Origin: an uncultured Enterobacteriaceae bacterium
GTDB taxonomy: Bacteria > Pseudomonadota > Gammaproteobacteria > Ga0077536
DNA: 59,127 nt
NCBI GenBank assembly: GCA_964523765.1
Contig: CAZFZX010000007.1
Span: 1-59,127 of the forward strand
Direction of reading: 5' to 3'
The position numbers and the translations under genes were made by a program. Below, piece by piece: positions 43,469 to 56,393 of this stretch (the first letter of the stretch is position 1; each line of letters begins with the position of its first letter). The notes beneath the pieces are model-generated. The model saw only the letters and a list, made by a program, of their open reading frames with translations, did no database searches and had not been told where the DNA came from.

Positions 43469-44452
43469 CTAATTTTGTTCGACCGAACCTGCGATCTGCC
43501 GAACCGTCGGCAGGGGGACTTCCCCGACGACTGTAATTTGATGGTTCTCAGCGACCCGACTGAAAGCATTGACGGCGCCCATCGAAGAGAACCCTTGTAG
43601 AGGTTCCGAAGAATCCATGAGTTCTTCAACGAAAACCGACACCATCGCCAATCCGTCAGAATAAACCATGTGGCTTACGGGCATATCGCTTTGTGACATG
43701 GTTTGTATTTTGTGGTTGCGCATTTGAAATCCGGCCGGCAACCACTTTACGGACCAACCGGAACCCCGACGTACGGTCGCGGTGGAGTCGTCGGCGTCAG
43801 AATTCGTATACCAGGTAAAGCCGGCACCTTCGATATCGGTCTCAAATGCGCTGTCCGGCAATTCTTCGCTGATAGATATTTGCACGAATTGGACCTGCTC
43901 CAGCGCCCGCCCAAGTCGACTCAAAATGACAGACCGCAGCAACAACCCGAACTCGTCGTCGATCCAAAGTTGGTACCCATATCGATTGTGCTCTTTCGGC
44001 AGTATTGTAATTACGGTCGTCGCGCGACCAGCCACCCGATCCTGACCCGCGACCTCGAACGAGTAATGTGCGCTCAACTGCTCGACCGGCTCGCCTAATC
44101 CCAGCGACAGAAAATCCCTAGGTTCGCTCTTTTCGACCATGACCTCGCGGTCGTCGGCGAACAGGCAAGTTACCCGCCGGCCGTCGCGGATGACTTCGCG
44201 CTCCGGACCGGACAGAGACACGAGGCGTTCGCGTTCCCCTTCTCCATCGAATCTGTGCACGATGCGCATCGCATCGATTTGGGCGCCGCGTTGATAAATG
44301 AATACACCGTCGTATCCCAATTTTTCCGTTGCAGACGTCATTCGGCGCATGAGCTGCGTGGCGTCGAATTTCTGCGCAGGCGCACTTCCGGGGACGGCCG
44401 CGCATAGGATCAATAAAACTGCTGCGCGCCGAGCCGAGGTCGTCTTCTTCAC
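43469..44452 (-). CDS. rseB: sigma-E regulatory protein RseB/MucB
   Basis: ERLVSLSGPEREVIR, DRVAGR, YSDGLAMVSVFVE, ITVVGEVP. GTG start approximate. Confidence 0.92.
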   Translation of the reverse strand: MKKTTSARRAAVLLILCAAVPGSAPAQKFDATQLMRRMTSATEKLGYDGVFIYQRGAQIDAMRIVHRFDGEGERERLVSLSGPEREVIRDGRRVTCLFADDREVMVEKSEPRDFLSLGLGEPVEQLSAHYSFEVAGQDRVAGRATTVITILPKEHNRYGYQLWIDDEFGLLLRSVILSRLGRALEQVQFVQISISEELPDSAFETDIEGAGFTWYTNSDADDSTATVRRGSGWSVKWLPAGFQMRNHKIQTMSQSDMPVSHMVYSDGLAMVSVFVEELMDSSEPLQGFSSMGAVNAFSRVAENHQITVVGEVPLPTVRQIAGSVEQN

Positions 44453-44459
44453 GAACGGA

Positions 44460-45047
44460 TCAGTCTGACTCAAAGCCAACGATACGAACATACGGGTTGA
44501 CGCCGGGTACGCCAAGACTCGACCGCTGCTCATTGAACTTGACGAGGTAGCTGTTCAGTCGGCGATGCGCAGGTAACGATTCCTCGATCACCTCGATATC
44601 CGGTCGTGCGTTCGCATCCGGTCTAGCCGTCGCCAGCTGCACACTTTCGGTGACTGCCGGTGCCGTCGTTGCGATTTCGGGAGTGCCGTTGAGCTGTTGT
44701 TCGGGCGCGGTCTGTTTGATGCCGACGACGGCGAGTGCTGCGACGGACGCGGCAATGGCGAAACCCGCAACCGGTCGAAGCAGCGGACGTGCCGTCCGAC
44801 GCGGTGCCATTACGGTCGGCTCCCGGTCGATCTCGCCTCGCAGCTGCTCGGCGAATTCCGTCGGAGCGACCCCGATCAGACCGTCGCGCATCACGTCACC
44901 AATGAGATGATAGCGGGCCCACGTAGCGCGCGACTCGTCATCGGCCGCAATTGCTGCCAACAACGTCCCGTCTACAGTGCGGTCTTCTCCGTCCATCTGC
45001 GTGGATAAGGTTTCTCGGTCGTTTTGCATAACGCCTGCCCTGCTCAA
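44460..45047 (-). CDS. rseA: anti-sigma-E factor RseA/MucA
   Basis: LS..MDGE, WARYHLIGDVMR, TM AIAASVA, RLNSYL. ATG 45029 is an alternative start. Confidence 0.92.
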   Translation of the reverse strand: MSRAGVMQNDRETLSTQMDGEDRTVDGTLLAAIAADDESRATWARYHLIGDVMRDGLIGVAPTEFAEQLRGEIDREPTVMAPRRTARPLLRPVAGFAIAASVAALAVVGIKQTAPEQQLNGTPEIATTAPAVTESVQLATARPDANARPDIEVIEESLPAHRRLNSYLVKFNEQRSSLGVPGVNPYVRIVGFESD

Positions 45048-45622
45048 TGCTCCAACAACGGTTTTAGTTTGGTGTCAATTGCCTCTCGGGCCCGGAAAAT
45101 CCGTGAGCGGACCGTGCCGATGGGGCAGTCCATTGCTTCGGCGATTTCCTCGTACGTCAATCCTTCGACTTCACGCAGCGTGATGGCAACCCGAAGGTCC
45201 TCCGGCAATCTGTTCATTGCTTCCAGTATGGTCTGTTTGACTTGGTCTGCGAAGAGCAGATTCTCCGGATTCTCGATGTCTTTCTGCAATTCTTCGATGT
45301 CAATCGGCTGGCCATCCGCGTTCTCGAGATGGGCTTCCGCCGGCCGACGCGACAGCGATACGAGATAATTCTTTGCAGTGTTGATCGCGATCCGGTACAG
45401 CCAGGTATAGAAGGCGCTGTCGCCACGAAAATTTGGGAGTGCACGATATGCTTTGATAAAGGTCTCCTGCGCGACGTCCATCGCGTCGCTTTGTTCGCGC
45501 ACGTATCGCGAGACAAGCTTGATGATCCGATTTTGGTATTTGAGAACCAGAAGGTCAAAGGACTGCTTGTCACCCTGCTGTACCCGCTGTACCAGCTCTT
45601 TGTCGGTGTAGCTATCGCCCAT
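45044..45622 (-). CDS. rpoE: RNA polymerase sigma factor RpoE/AlgU
   Basis: FDLLVLKYQ, FRGDSAFYTWLYRIAINTAKNYL, CPIGTVRSRIFRAREAID. Confidence 0.98.
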   Translation of the reverse strand: MGDSYTDKELVQRVQQGDKQSFDLLVLKYQNRIIKLVSRYVREQSDAMDVAQETFIKAYRALPNFRGDSAFYTWLYRIAINTAKNYLVSLSRRPAEAHLENADGQPIDIEELQKDIENPENLLFADQVKQTILEAMNRLPEDLRVAITLREVEGLTYEEIAEAMDCPIGTVRSRIFRAREAIDTKLKPLLEH

Positions 45623-45673
45623 CAGGGCCCTCTCCCTGTATTATGGCGGCGACACCGAGAAGTACTCAGAGCC

Positions 45674-45701
45674 ATAGACCATCGGATATGCAATTAGTTT
45701 C
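45674..45701 (-). promoter_or_regulatory. putative sigma-E-dependent (autoregulatory) promoter of rpoE
   Basis: Minus strand G-AAACTA-N16-TCTAT versus GAACTT-N16-TCT(G/A)A consensus; about 50 nt before the rpoE start. Confidence 0.5.
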
Positions 45702-45972
45702 GGGATGTTAGCTTGTTATTGGACTATCCGCGAAATTATATCAAGGAACCTCGGGGCGCGTCAGGCGCCAACTATGGCGGGCGCTGGCGGCGGCTCTGAT
45801 AGCCGCCGCGTTACGGGAGGTAGACAATGGCGCTAGCACCGACGGATGCTCGAGGTATGCCTGGCTTAGCCAGACTTGCGAATCCGGCGATATCCCTGGG
45901 TTGAACTGTCGTGCCCGTCCTTTTCGTCGCTGAACAGGGACCGCCGCGACCCTTTTCGGCGTTCGGGTTACC

Positions 45973-47586
45973 GTGACGAAATCTACTTCAGACTTCGATG
46001 TGCTGATCGTCGGCAGCGGTGCGTCGGGTCTGAGCCTGGCATTGGCGTTGGCCGATCATGTCGACGTTGCTATCGTCTCCAAATCGTCTCTGGAGGAGAG
46101 CGCGACGTTCTACGCGCAAGGCGGTGTCTCTGCGGTCGTCGACCAGACTGATTCTATCGAGTCTCATGTAGCCGATACCCTCGATGCGGGAGCAGGCTTG
46201 TGCCGGGTCGATGTCGCCGAGTTCATTGTGCAGCGAGGTCGAGAGCGGATCGAATGGTTGATCGAGCAAGGGGTCCCGTTCACCACTCAACAATCTCCAG
46301 ACGGTAGCGTGGATTTCCATTTGACGCGTGAAGGCGGCCATAGTCGCCGCCGGGTCGTGCATGCCGCGGACGCAACCGGCCGGGTAATCGAGACCACTTT
46401 GATTGAAAGGGTTCGCGCCCATCCCGGTATTTCGATCTTCGAGCGACATATGGCAGTGGATCTCGTTACTTTCGCGAAACTCGGGGTCACACCCGATCGG
46501 TGTGTCGGGGCCTATGTCCTGGATCTCGACCGGGACCTCGTCAGGACAATAGGCGCCAAATGTTGCGTGCTGGCGACCGGCGGTGCGGGTAAGGTTTATC
46601 TCTACACGAGCAATCCGGACGTCGCGACCGGCGACGGTGTCGCGATGGCTTGGCGAGCGGGCTGCACCGTCTCGAACATGGAATTTGTCCAATTTCATCC
46701 GACCTGTTTATATCACCCGAAAGCAAAGTCATTCCTGCTGACCGAAGCGTTGCGCGGCGAAGGAGGCTATCTATTGCTCGAGTCCGGAGAACGGTTCATG
46801 CATCGCTTCGACGAGCGTCAAGAACTCGCGCCCCGCGATATCGTTGCCCGTGCGATAGACCACGAAATGAAACGAACCGGAAGTGACCACGTGTACCTCG
46901 ATGTGACGCATAAACCGGTCGATTTCCTAACCGAGCATTTCCCCACGGTGTTGGAAAAATGTGCCTCTTTCGGCATCGACATTACTTCGATGCCCATACC
47001 TGTAGTCCCTGCGGCGCATTACTTCTGTGGTGGCGTGGTAACGGATGTGCGCGGGCATACCACCTTGCCGGGATTGTATGCCGTCGGTGAAGTCGCCTGC
47101 ACGGGTTTGCACGGGGCGAATCGTATGGCGAGTAACTCCTTATTGGAGTGTTTGGTCATTGCTGAGGCGGCTGCCGCATCCATTCTGTCTACCATCGCCG
47201 AAACTCCCTCCCGGCCTGACATTCCGGTTTGGGATGAAAGTCAGGTAACCGACTCCGATGAGGAAATCGTGGTTGCCCACAACTGGGATGAGTTGCGGCG
47301 ATTTATGTGGGACTACGTCGGCATCGTTCGCAGTAGTAAAAGACTGGAACGGGCCCGTAACCGGGTAGACCTGCTGCACAATGAAATCAGCGAATTCTAC
47401 GGTAACTTCCGCATCAGCGGCGACCTCATCGAACTGCGCAACCTCGTGCAAGTTGCAGAGTTGATTATCCGTTCGGCGCTGAAACGTCGAGAGAGCCGAG
47501 GACTTCACTACACTCTCGATTATCCAAGTCGCGATGATCGGAATTACGCGCGCGACACGATCTTGCGTGCCGGTGATTTCAGCTGA
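45973..47586 (+). CDS. nadB: L-aspartate oxidase
   Basis: [63 protein letters not shown]; divergent from rpoE. Confidence 0.97.
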   Translation: MTKSTSDFDVLIVGSGASGLSLALALADHVDVAIVSKSSLEESATFYAQGGVSAVVDQTDSIESHVADTLDAGAGLCRVDVAEFIVQRGRERIEWLIEQGVPFTTQQSPDGSVDFHLTREGGHSRRRVVHAADATGRVIETTLIERVRAHPGISIFERHMAVDLVTFAKLGVTPDRCVGAYVLDLDRDLVRTIGAKCCVLATGGAGKVYLYTSNPDVATGDGVAMAWRAGCTVSNMEFVQFHPTCLYHPKAKSFLLTEALRGEGGYLLLESGERFMHRFDERQELAPRDIVARAIDHEMKRTGSDHVYLDVTHKPVDFLTEHFPTVLEKCASFGIDITSMPIPVVPAAHYFCGGVVTDVRGHTTLPGLYAVGEVACTGLHGANRMASNSLLECLVIAEAAAASILSTIAETPSRPDIPVWDESQVTDSDEEIVVAHNWDELRRFMWDYVGIVRSSKRLERARNRVDLLHNEISEFYGNFRISGDLIELRNLVQVAELIIRSALKRRESRGLHYTLDYPSRDDRNYARDTILRAGDFS

Positions 47587-48353
47587 TGACGCCGCAGGAA
47601 CGTTTATTCGACTACGAGCCCCCGCCCAAACTTCTCGACGGGCGAGTGGTATTGGTTACCGGCGCGAGCCGGGGGATCGGCAGAGCGGTGAGCTCTGCCG
47701 CAGCCGTCGCGGGCGCTCAGACCGTATTGCTTGCACGGAGTGTCGGTTCGATGGAAGCACTGGCGGAAGAACTAGGTGCGGCCGGTTATTTCGAACCCGG
47801 CATCATTCCGGCCGACCTCGAGAGCGCGAGGGGAGTAGATTACGCCGAGATCGGGCGCCTCGTGAGTGCCAGATACGGCCGCCTGGACAATCTCGTGCTC
47901 AACGCTGGCGTACTCGGTGAAATGGCGCCGCTTGCCAGTTACGACCCGGATACCTGGGCGCGCGTATTTCAAGTCAACCTCCACAGCCAATTCCTACTGC
48001 TACAGGCGTTGTTACCTCTGCTTGAGAAAAGCGACAACGGTTCAATCATCTTTACCTCCTCCGGCGTCGGACGCAAAGGCCGAGCCACGTGGGGGGCATA
48101 TGCTGCATCCAAATTCGCTACCGAGGGCATGATGCAGACGCTTGCCGGAGAACTGGGCGGCTCTGGGAGGGTCCGCGTGAACTCTTTGAATCCCGGTCGC
48201 CTGAGAACCGAAATGCGGGCGCAGGCGTATCCCGCCGAAGACCCCGCCTCGTTGCGCCGGCCCGAAGAGATCGTCAATGCGTATCTGTTTTTGCTGGGGC
48301 GCGACAGCATCGACGTGCACGGCCTTTCTTTGGACGCTCAGATAGCGGGCTAA
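47586..48353 (+). CDS. yciK: YciK-family short-chain oxidoreductase
   Basis: TGASRGIG, FTSSGVGRKGRA.WGAYAASKFATEG, RTEMRAQAYPAED. Confidence 0.88.
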   Translation: MTPQERLFDYEPPPKLLDGRVVLVTGASRGIGRAVSSAAAVAGAQTVLLARSVGSMEALAEELGAAGYFEPGIIPADLESARGVDYAEIGRLVSARYGRLDNLVLNAGVLGEMAPLASYDPDTWARVFQVNLHSQFLLLQALLPLLEKSDNGSIIFTSSGVGRKGRATWGAYAASKFATEGMMQTLAGELGGSGRVRVNSLNPGRLRTEMRAQAYPAEDPASLRRPEEIVNAYLFLLGRDSIDVHGLSLDAQIAG

Positions 48354-48429
48354 CGGCACGCGGAGGCCGTTCATGCGGCAACTGCTTGCCACAGTTCGAC
48401 GCCCATGCCGGTAGTTCATGGCGCGCCGC

Positions 48430-48483
48430 GGCATTTTTTTGACGTTCGCAACTACACGATTGAAGAGAAATCGGAGATTTGAC
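48430..48483. promoter_or_regulatory. two candidate enhancer sites (FleQ-box-like)
   Basis: GGCATTTTTTTGAC (48430-48443) and ATCGGAGATTTGAC (48470-48483), 40 bp apart, upstream of a sigma54 motif. Confidence 0.35.
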
Positions 48484-48614
48484 GGCCGTACGGGCATCGG
48501 AAGCCACGGCAAAAAATCCTTTCGTTTTTAGCATAGTTGCTTTTTATATCACGGAATTAAGCCGCTTCTGGGCGGAGTTTGGAGGCTCCCGTCGGGGCAC
48601 TCTCCGCCCACGCT

Positions 48615-48630
48615 TGGCACGAATTTCGCT
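48615..48630 (+). promoter_or_regulatory. sigma54 (-24/-12) promoter
   Basis: TGGCACGAATTTCGCT with exact GG-N10-GC spacing, about 40 nt before the GGDEF ATG. Confidence 0.7.
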
Positions 48631-48669
48631 TACGAGTTCGGTACAAACAATTTTTGAAGCAGCTATCGT

Positions 48670-49611
48670 ATGTCAATCCGAGCGGACAGTACTCTCGAAT
48701 TTCCCTCGCCCCCCGACCTGCCCGGGCCGGCGACGCGCGTATTCCCGATCGACACGGGCAAATCGCGGCGCCAAAAACTCCTGTCCGATTCGGCGATCTT
48801 GCGGATCGCTACCGCGCTGCAGGAGAGCCTGCACGTTAAAGACGTCATTGGAGTGTTCTCGAACGAGGCCCGCCGGATATTGCGCGATATCAGCTTTCGG
48901 TACCGAAACCGAGAGCGACAGATCTTGATCGAACACGGGCGCAACCAGATCCACCGTTGCAGTTATGAGTTGAACCTGCACGGTCACCATCTCGGCGAGG
49001 TCGTGTTCACCCGCGGGCGATCGCTGACCGAGCGGGACCAGGAGTTGCTCGAGGCGCTTCTGTGCGCGCTGCTCTATCCGTTGCGTAATGCTCTGCTATA
49101 CGAGCAGGCCTTAACTCAGGCACTCAAAGACCCGCTCACCGGCGTTAAGAATCGAGCGAGTATGGATGCGTACCTGAAACAGCAGATAACCGTAACCGAA
49201 CGCCACAAAAATCCACTCTCGGTCATCATGTTCGACGTGGATCTGTTCAAGTCGATCAACGATAGCTTCGGCCACGTGGCCGGGGACGTCGTGCTGCGTG
49301 CGGTTGCCGACGTCATAGTGAATTGCACCCGCGACAGCGACGTCGTTTCCCGTTACGGCGGTGAAGAATTCGTCGTGATCTTGACGAACACCGAAGGCGA
49401 CGGCGCTGTCTACTTAGCCGAACGCGTCCGCGTTGCGGTCGCTGCACTCAAGCTCGACGGGATGGCGAACCACGGCAGTGTCACAATAAGCGGTGGAGTC
49501 GCGGAGTTTCACCAAGGCGATACGCCTACCGATTTACTTTGTAGGGCCGATAAAATGCTTTACGGCGCGAAGGCGAAGGGTCGAAACCGCGTGCAGGGGG
49601 CCTCTGACTAA
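48670..49611 (+). CDS. diguanylate cyclase (GGDEF domain) with small N-terminal GAF-like region
   Basis: DPLTG..NR, DVDLFKSINDSFGHVAGD, RDSD I-site, RYGGEEF active site, AD..LY.AK..GRN. Confidence 0.93.
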   Translation: MSIRADSTLEFPSPPDLPGPATRVFPIDTGKSRRQKLLSDSAILRIATALQESLHVKDVIGVFSNEARRILRDISFRYRNRERQILIEHGRNQIHRCSYELNLHGHHLGEVVFTRGRSLTERDQELLEALLCALLYPLRNALLYEQALTQALKDPLTGVKNRASMDAYLKQQITVTERHKNPLSVIMFDVDLFKSINDSFGHVAGDVVLRAVADVIVNCTRDSDVVSRYGGEEFVVILTNTEGDGAVYLAERVRVAVAALKLDGMANHGSVTISGGVAEFHQGDTPTDLLCRADKMLYGAKAKGRNRVQGASD

Positions 49612-49775
49612 TGCGGCGCCGATAGCGGTGCGGCGATACACATTCGCATCAACGATGCGACCCTCGGGCGATGGGTCAATTCGATCATTGGTGTGTGCCG
49701 CAGCGTGGATCCGGACGATTTTGAGTACACGGCGACGTTCCGGAGCCTGCCTGGGATCCCTGGTCGGATCACCCG

Positions 49776-52518
<2,743 letters not shown>

Positions 52519-52591
52519 CTTTGAAAAACGAATACAACCTCAGTATGGCGAGCGATCAGCGGCCCGGCAACGGCCGGCTTCGCGATCGTCG

Positions 52592-55500
52592 TTAACCGGC
52601 GGCAGCCATTTCCACTGCCTCCTCCATATTAACCGACACTAATCGCGACACACCCGGTTCCTCCATTGTGACACCGACGAGCTGCTCCGTGATTTCCATG
52701 GTGATCTTGTTGTGCGTTACACAGATGAATTGAACCCGTTGAGACATCGTCCTCAGCATCTTCGATAAGCGCACGACGTTCGTATCGTCCAGTGGCGCAT
52801 CGACTTCATCCAACAGGCAGAAAGGTGCCGGATTGAGTTCGAACAGAGAAAAGACAAACGCCAGTGCGGTGAGTGCCTTCTCTCCGCCTGACAGCAAATG
52901 AATCGTGCTGTTACGCTTTCCGGGCGGCCGCGCCATTACCGTAACGCCGGTTTCGAGTAGGTCGTCGCCTGTCAGCTCGAGATACGCATGTCCTCCCCCG
53001 AACAGGACCGGGAACATCGACTGCAATCCGGCATTGACGCTGTCCAAGGTCTCTTTAAATCGGGTTCGCGTCTCCCGGTCGATTTTGCGAATTGCTCCCT
53101 CCAACGTATCCAGGGCCTGGGTCAGGTCGTTGTGCTGTTTATCCAGGTACTCTTTACGTTCGGAGAGCTGCGAAAACTCGTCGATTGCCGCCAAATTGAT
53201 CGGTCCGAGCCGGTCGATGCGACGCCGGACCCGGGCGAGGCGCTCCTCCCAGGCTTCCTCATCGGCTTGTGTATCCAGCGCTTCGAGCAATTGCGTTATC
53301 TCGAACTCTGTTGGTTCGATACGCGCCGCCAATTCCTGCAGGCGCACTTGAACGCCGCGTTCGTCCAAACGTGCCTGGTCGAGCACTTCACGCCGTGCTT
53401 CTACCACGCGTTCCGCTTGCAACCTCGCCTCGTCGGTTTCTTTGGTCTCGTGCTCGAAAGTTTCCAAGGTCTTGCGCGCCTCGGCCAATTCTTTTTCGGA
53501 GTCCGCGCGCGCCGCTAGCCCCTGCTCCAGTTGTTCACGTAGCGCGTCTTGCGGGACCAGGGCCGAAAGCGCCGCCGATTCGAGCGCCGCACGGCGTGCG
53601 TCGAGTTCCCGGCGCTGCTCCTGGTTTCGAGAAAGCGCAAGTTTCAACGATTCCCTGCTCGAGCGCAGGCCCTCCAGCTTCAATGCGGTTTCGTGGCGGG
53701 ACTCACGGGCCTCCCGCCAAGCGCTACGCGCCGCGTCCAACGCCTCCTGAACCGCCGTCCGCGAGGCTACGAGGGCTGCGTCCGTATGTTCGAGTCGACC
53801 CAATTCCTCCTGGATTTCCCGCAGGCTCTCCAACGCCGCTGCCACCGCCGATTCTCCTCCGAGCGATTGTTCTTCCAGCGCGCCGATTTCGCTTTCGATC
53901 GTCGCCGCGCGCTCTCGCTGACGCTCGAGCGAGGTTTCCTGACGCGCGAGCTCGGTTTTGAGCTCCGTCGTATTTCGCATCGCCTCCTGCAGCGCTTCGT
54001 CGACACTGATTTCCCGTGTCTCACTGTTGTCGAGCGCCCGTTGCGCGGTATCGAAGGCCTCCTGAACTTCCCGTATTTCGGTCATCGCCGCCGAGCATTT
54101 GCGACGCAATTCTTCCAGGCTGCGTTCGCGCTGGAGGATGCCGGTGTCCTCTCCTGCAGCACCCCGGATCTGCACCCAATTCGCCCCAATCCAGTAGCCG
54201 TCACGGGTGATCACCGATTCGTGAGCCGACAACCGCTTGGCTAGGTCTTCGGCCTGTTCAACGGTTTCGGCGGCGTACACGCCGGCAAGCAGGCTGGTGA
54301 CCGGCCAGTCAGAGCGCACTTTGTCCGACAGTCGCCTCGCGCCGGATTGCGATCCGGCCGCTTCAGGGCCAGTGCGGCCATCCACAAAAGTCGCGAGAGT
54401 GCTCGGGAGGTCCGATACGTCAGCACCGAGTACCCGCTCGACGCCATTTCGGTGACAGATAGCGCCGAGCGGTACCCTGATCGCCATTTCGACCGCCATC
54501 TCCCATCCACCGTCGATGTCGATTTGCTCTGCCAGCAACTTGCCATCGTTCAACCCGATTCTCTCCAACCACGATTGCAGCTCGCCCTGGTCGCGTCGGA
54601 GAGTTTCGTCCTGGAGAGCGGACAAAGACGCCTCCGTGCCGCGTAAGGTCTCCAGTTCGGTACGCAGTTCATGCAATTCGTCCCCGTAACGATAGGTTCG
54701 CCCGCGGGCTTCCTGGAGGTCCGATTTTATAGCGTCACGCCTGACCAGTAATTCGTCCTGCGCCTGTTCGGTTGCCAAAAGTTCACTGCGCAAGCTATTG
54801 ATTGCCGTCTCCAGCTCCGCCGTCGTGATCCCTTTTTGCTCGGAGTACAGGCCGTCCATTCGCGCGCGAGCTCCGCTCACCCCTTCCCGAAGATGCTCCA
54901 AACGAACTTGCTCGGCGTGTTCCAAGCGGGCCGCATCGGCGCGATCGTTGTTGAATGCATCCCATTCACGCTGCCAGGTCCGGGCGTTTTCTTCTGCGCT
55001 CTGCAGTTTTTCCGTGGCCGCTTCGGCCACTTGATCGCGCGCGGCGAAATCCGGCTCCAGGCGTAGAATTTCCGTGTCGATTTCCTCGATAGCCGTACCA
55101 TCGACCTGAAGCAAACGGTTCATTTCATCCAGTTCTTTGCCGGCCCGTTCCAGATCCTGCTCCAGGGAATTCTTCCGTTCTTCGGAGTGCTGTAACGCTT
55201 GTTCCAACCGCGAAATTTCTGCGCTCCTGGCATAGAAATCACTTTGCACCTGGTTGAAAGCGTCAGTAGCTCGCGTTTGTTCCTCGCGCTTTTTTGTTTG
55301 CGCCGCCTCGATGCCGCGTAGTTCCGCGGTCGCTGCTTCCACCTCGGTCTCCAGTAACGCGATTTGGCGAGCCTGCTCCGATCGAGATTTTTCAATAGCG
55401 CGCCAGCGCAGCGCCAACAGCTCGGCATCGGTCAACCGTTCTTCCTGTTTCAGGGACTGATAGCGTTCGGCCGCCCGTGCCTGTCGTTGCAAATGCGATA

Positions 55501-56116
55501 ACTGTTTCGTGATTTCTTCGCGGATGTCGTCGAGCCGCTCGATATTCTCTTTGGTGTGTCGAATGCGGTTCTCTGTTTCGCGCCTGCGCTCCTTATATTT
55601 CGAGATCCCGGCGGCCTCCTCCAGAAATCCCCGCAGTTCCTCGGGCCTGGCTTCCACCACACGCGATATCATCCCTTGTTCGATCACCGAATAACTGCCG
55701 CGGGAACCGAGGCCGGTACCGAGAAACACGTTGGTTACGTCCTTGCGCCGGCATCGTGTGCCATTGAGTTGGTAGGTGGACACCGCGTCGCGGCTCATCG
55801 AACGCTTGATCGAAATTTCGCCGTAACCGGCGTACTCTCCGCCGACGGTTCCGTCGGTATTATCGAATACGATTTCCACCGACGCTTGCCCGACCGGTTT
55901 CCGCGAATTGGACCCGTTGAAAATTACGTCGGCCATAGAGTCGCCTCGCAGTTGCTTGGCGGAGGACTCCCCCATTACCCACATTAAAGCGTCGATGATA
56001 TTGGATTTGCCACAACCGTTCGGGCCGACGATACCGGTGAGGTTGCCGGGCAGAGTCAGGGTGGTTGGATCGACGAAAGATTTGAAGCCGGACAGCTTGA
56101 TTTTAATGATGCGCAT
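52592..56116 (-). CDS. smc: chromosome segregation protein SMC
   Basis: MRIIKIKLSGFKSFVDPT, GPNGCGKSN, long coiled coils, LLSGGEKAL, LDEVDAPLD. Start at ATG 56116. Confidence 0.98.
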   Translation of the reverse strand: MRIIKIKLSGFKSFVDPTTLTLPGNLTGIVGPNGCGKSNIIDALMWVMGESSAKQLRGDSMADVIFNGSNSRKPVGQASVEIVFDNTDGTVGGEYAGYGEISIKRSMSRDAVSTYQLNGTRCRRKDVTNVFLGTGLGSRGSYSVIEQGMISRVVEARPEELRGFLEEAAGISKYKERRRETENRIRHTKENIERLDDIREEITKQLSHLQRQARAAERYQSLKQEERLTDAELLALRWRAIEKSRSEQARQIALLETEVEAATAELRGIEAAQTKKREEQTRATDAFNQVQSDFYARSAEISRLEQALQHSEERKNSLEQDLERAGKELDEMNRLLQVDGTAIEEIDTEILRLEPDFAARDQVAEAATEKLQSAEENARTWQREWDAFNNDRADAARLEHAEQVRLEHLREGVSGARARMDGLYSEQKGITTAELETAINSLRSELLATEQAQDELLVRRDAIKSDLQEARGRTYRYGDELHELRTELETLRGTEASLSALQDETLRRDQGELQSWLERIGLNDGKLLAEQIDIDGGWEMAVEMAIRVPLGAICHRNGVERVLGADVSDLPSTLATFVDGRTGPEAAGSQSGARRLSDKVRSDWPVTSLLAGVYAAETVEQAEDLAKRLSAHESVITRDGYWIGANWVQIRGAAGEDTGILQRERSLEELRRKCSAAMTEIREVQEAFDTAQRALDNSETREISVDEALQEAMRNTTELKTELARQETSLERQRERAATIESEIGALEEQSLGGESAVAAALESLREIQEELGRLEHTDAALVASRTAVQEALDAARSAWREARESRHETALKLEGLRSSRESLKLALSRNQEQRRELDARRAALESAALSALVPQDALREQLEQGLAARADSEKELAEARKTLETFEHETKETDEARLQAERVVEARREVLDQARLDERGVQVRLQELAARIEPTEFEITQLLEALDTQADEEAWEERLARVRRRIDRLGPINLAAIDEFSQLSERKEYLDKQHNDLTQALDTLEGAIRKIDRETRTRFKETLDSVNAGLQSMFPVLFGGGHAYLELTGDDLLETGVTVMARPPGKRNSTIHLLSGGEKALTALAFVFSLFELNPAPFCLLDEVDAPLDDTNVVRLSKMLRTMSQRVQFICVTHNKITMEITEQLVGVTMEEPGVSRLVSVNMEEAVEMAAAG

Positions 56117-56158
56117 AGAGGGCAAAGCATACCTTATGGGAAAGGCGCCGCATAATAA

Positions 56159-56191
56159 TATAAATAACTTTAAATAAACGCTATAACTATA
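56159..56191. repeat. AT-rich dispersed motif, copy 2
   Basis: TATAAATAACTTTAAATAA-acgc-TATAACTATA; 29/33 identical to 16911-16943. Confidence 0.8.
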
Positions 56192-56393
56192 TATTTTATA
56201 ATAGTTTAATAGAATTTTCATAAGTCGGCTTCGGAGCGCGCCTGATAAAAATTTTCGCGACCAGTCGACGCCTCCCCGGTCGTGTTCGGGCCGCTGAAGT
56301 CGGGCGCCGCCAGCGGCGGCGCTTGAGGGCGGATGCACAAACAGACGCTGTGCTATCTTAATCCGTGTCCACCAAAACGGAATTCGATCACCC

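Noticed and set aside
43440-43470. Absence of rseC/mucC between rseB and mucD
   Set aside because: Real but common among Gammaproteobacteria, so not treated as a finding.
56145-56175. dif/Xer site (GCGCCGCATAA resembles the XerC arm GGTGCGCATAA)
   Set aside because: After the 6-bp spacer the sequence is AAATAACTTTA, not the strongly conserved XerD arm TTATGTTAAAT.
56225-56393. preQ1 riboswitch upstream of queF
   Set aside because: No preQ1-I stem with A-rich tail or other recognisable aptamer is visible.
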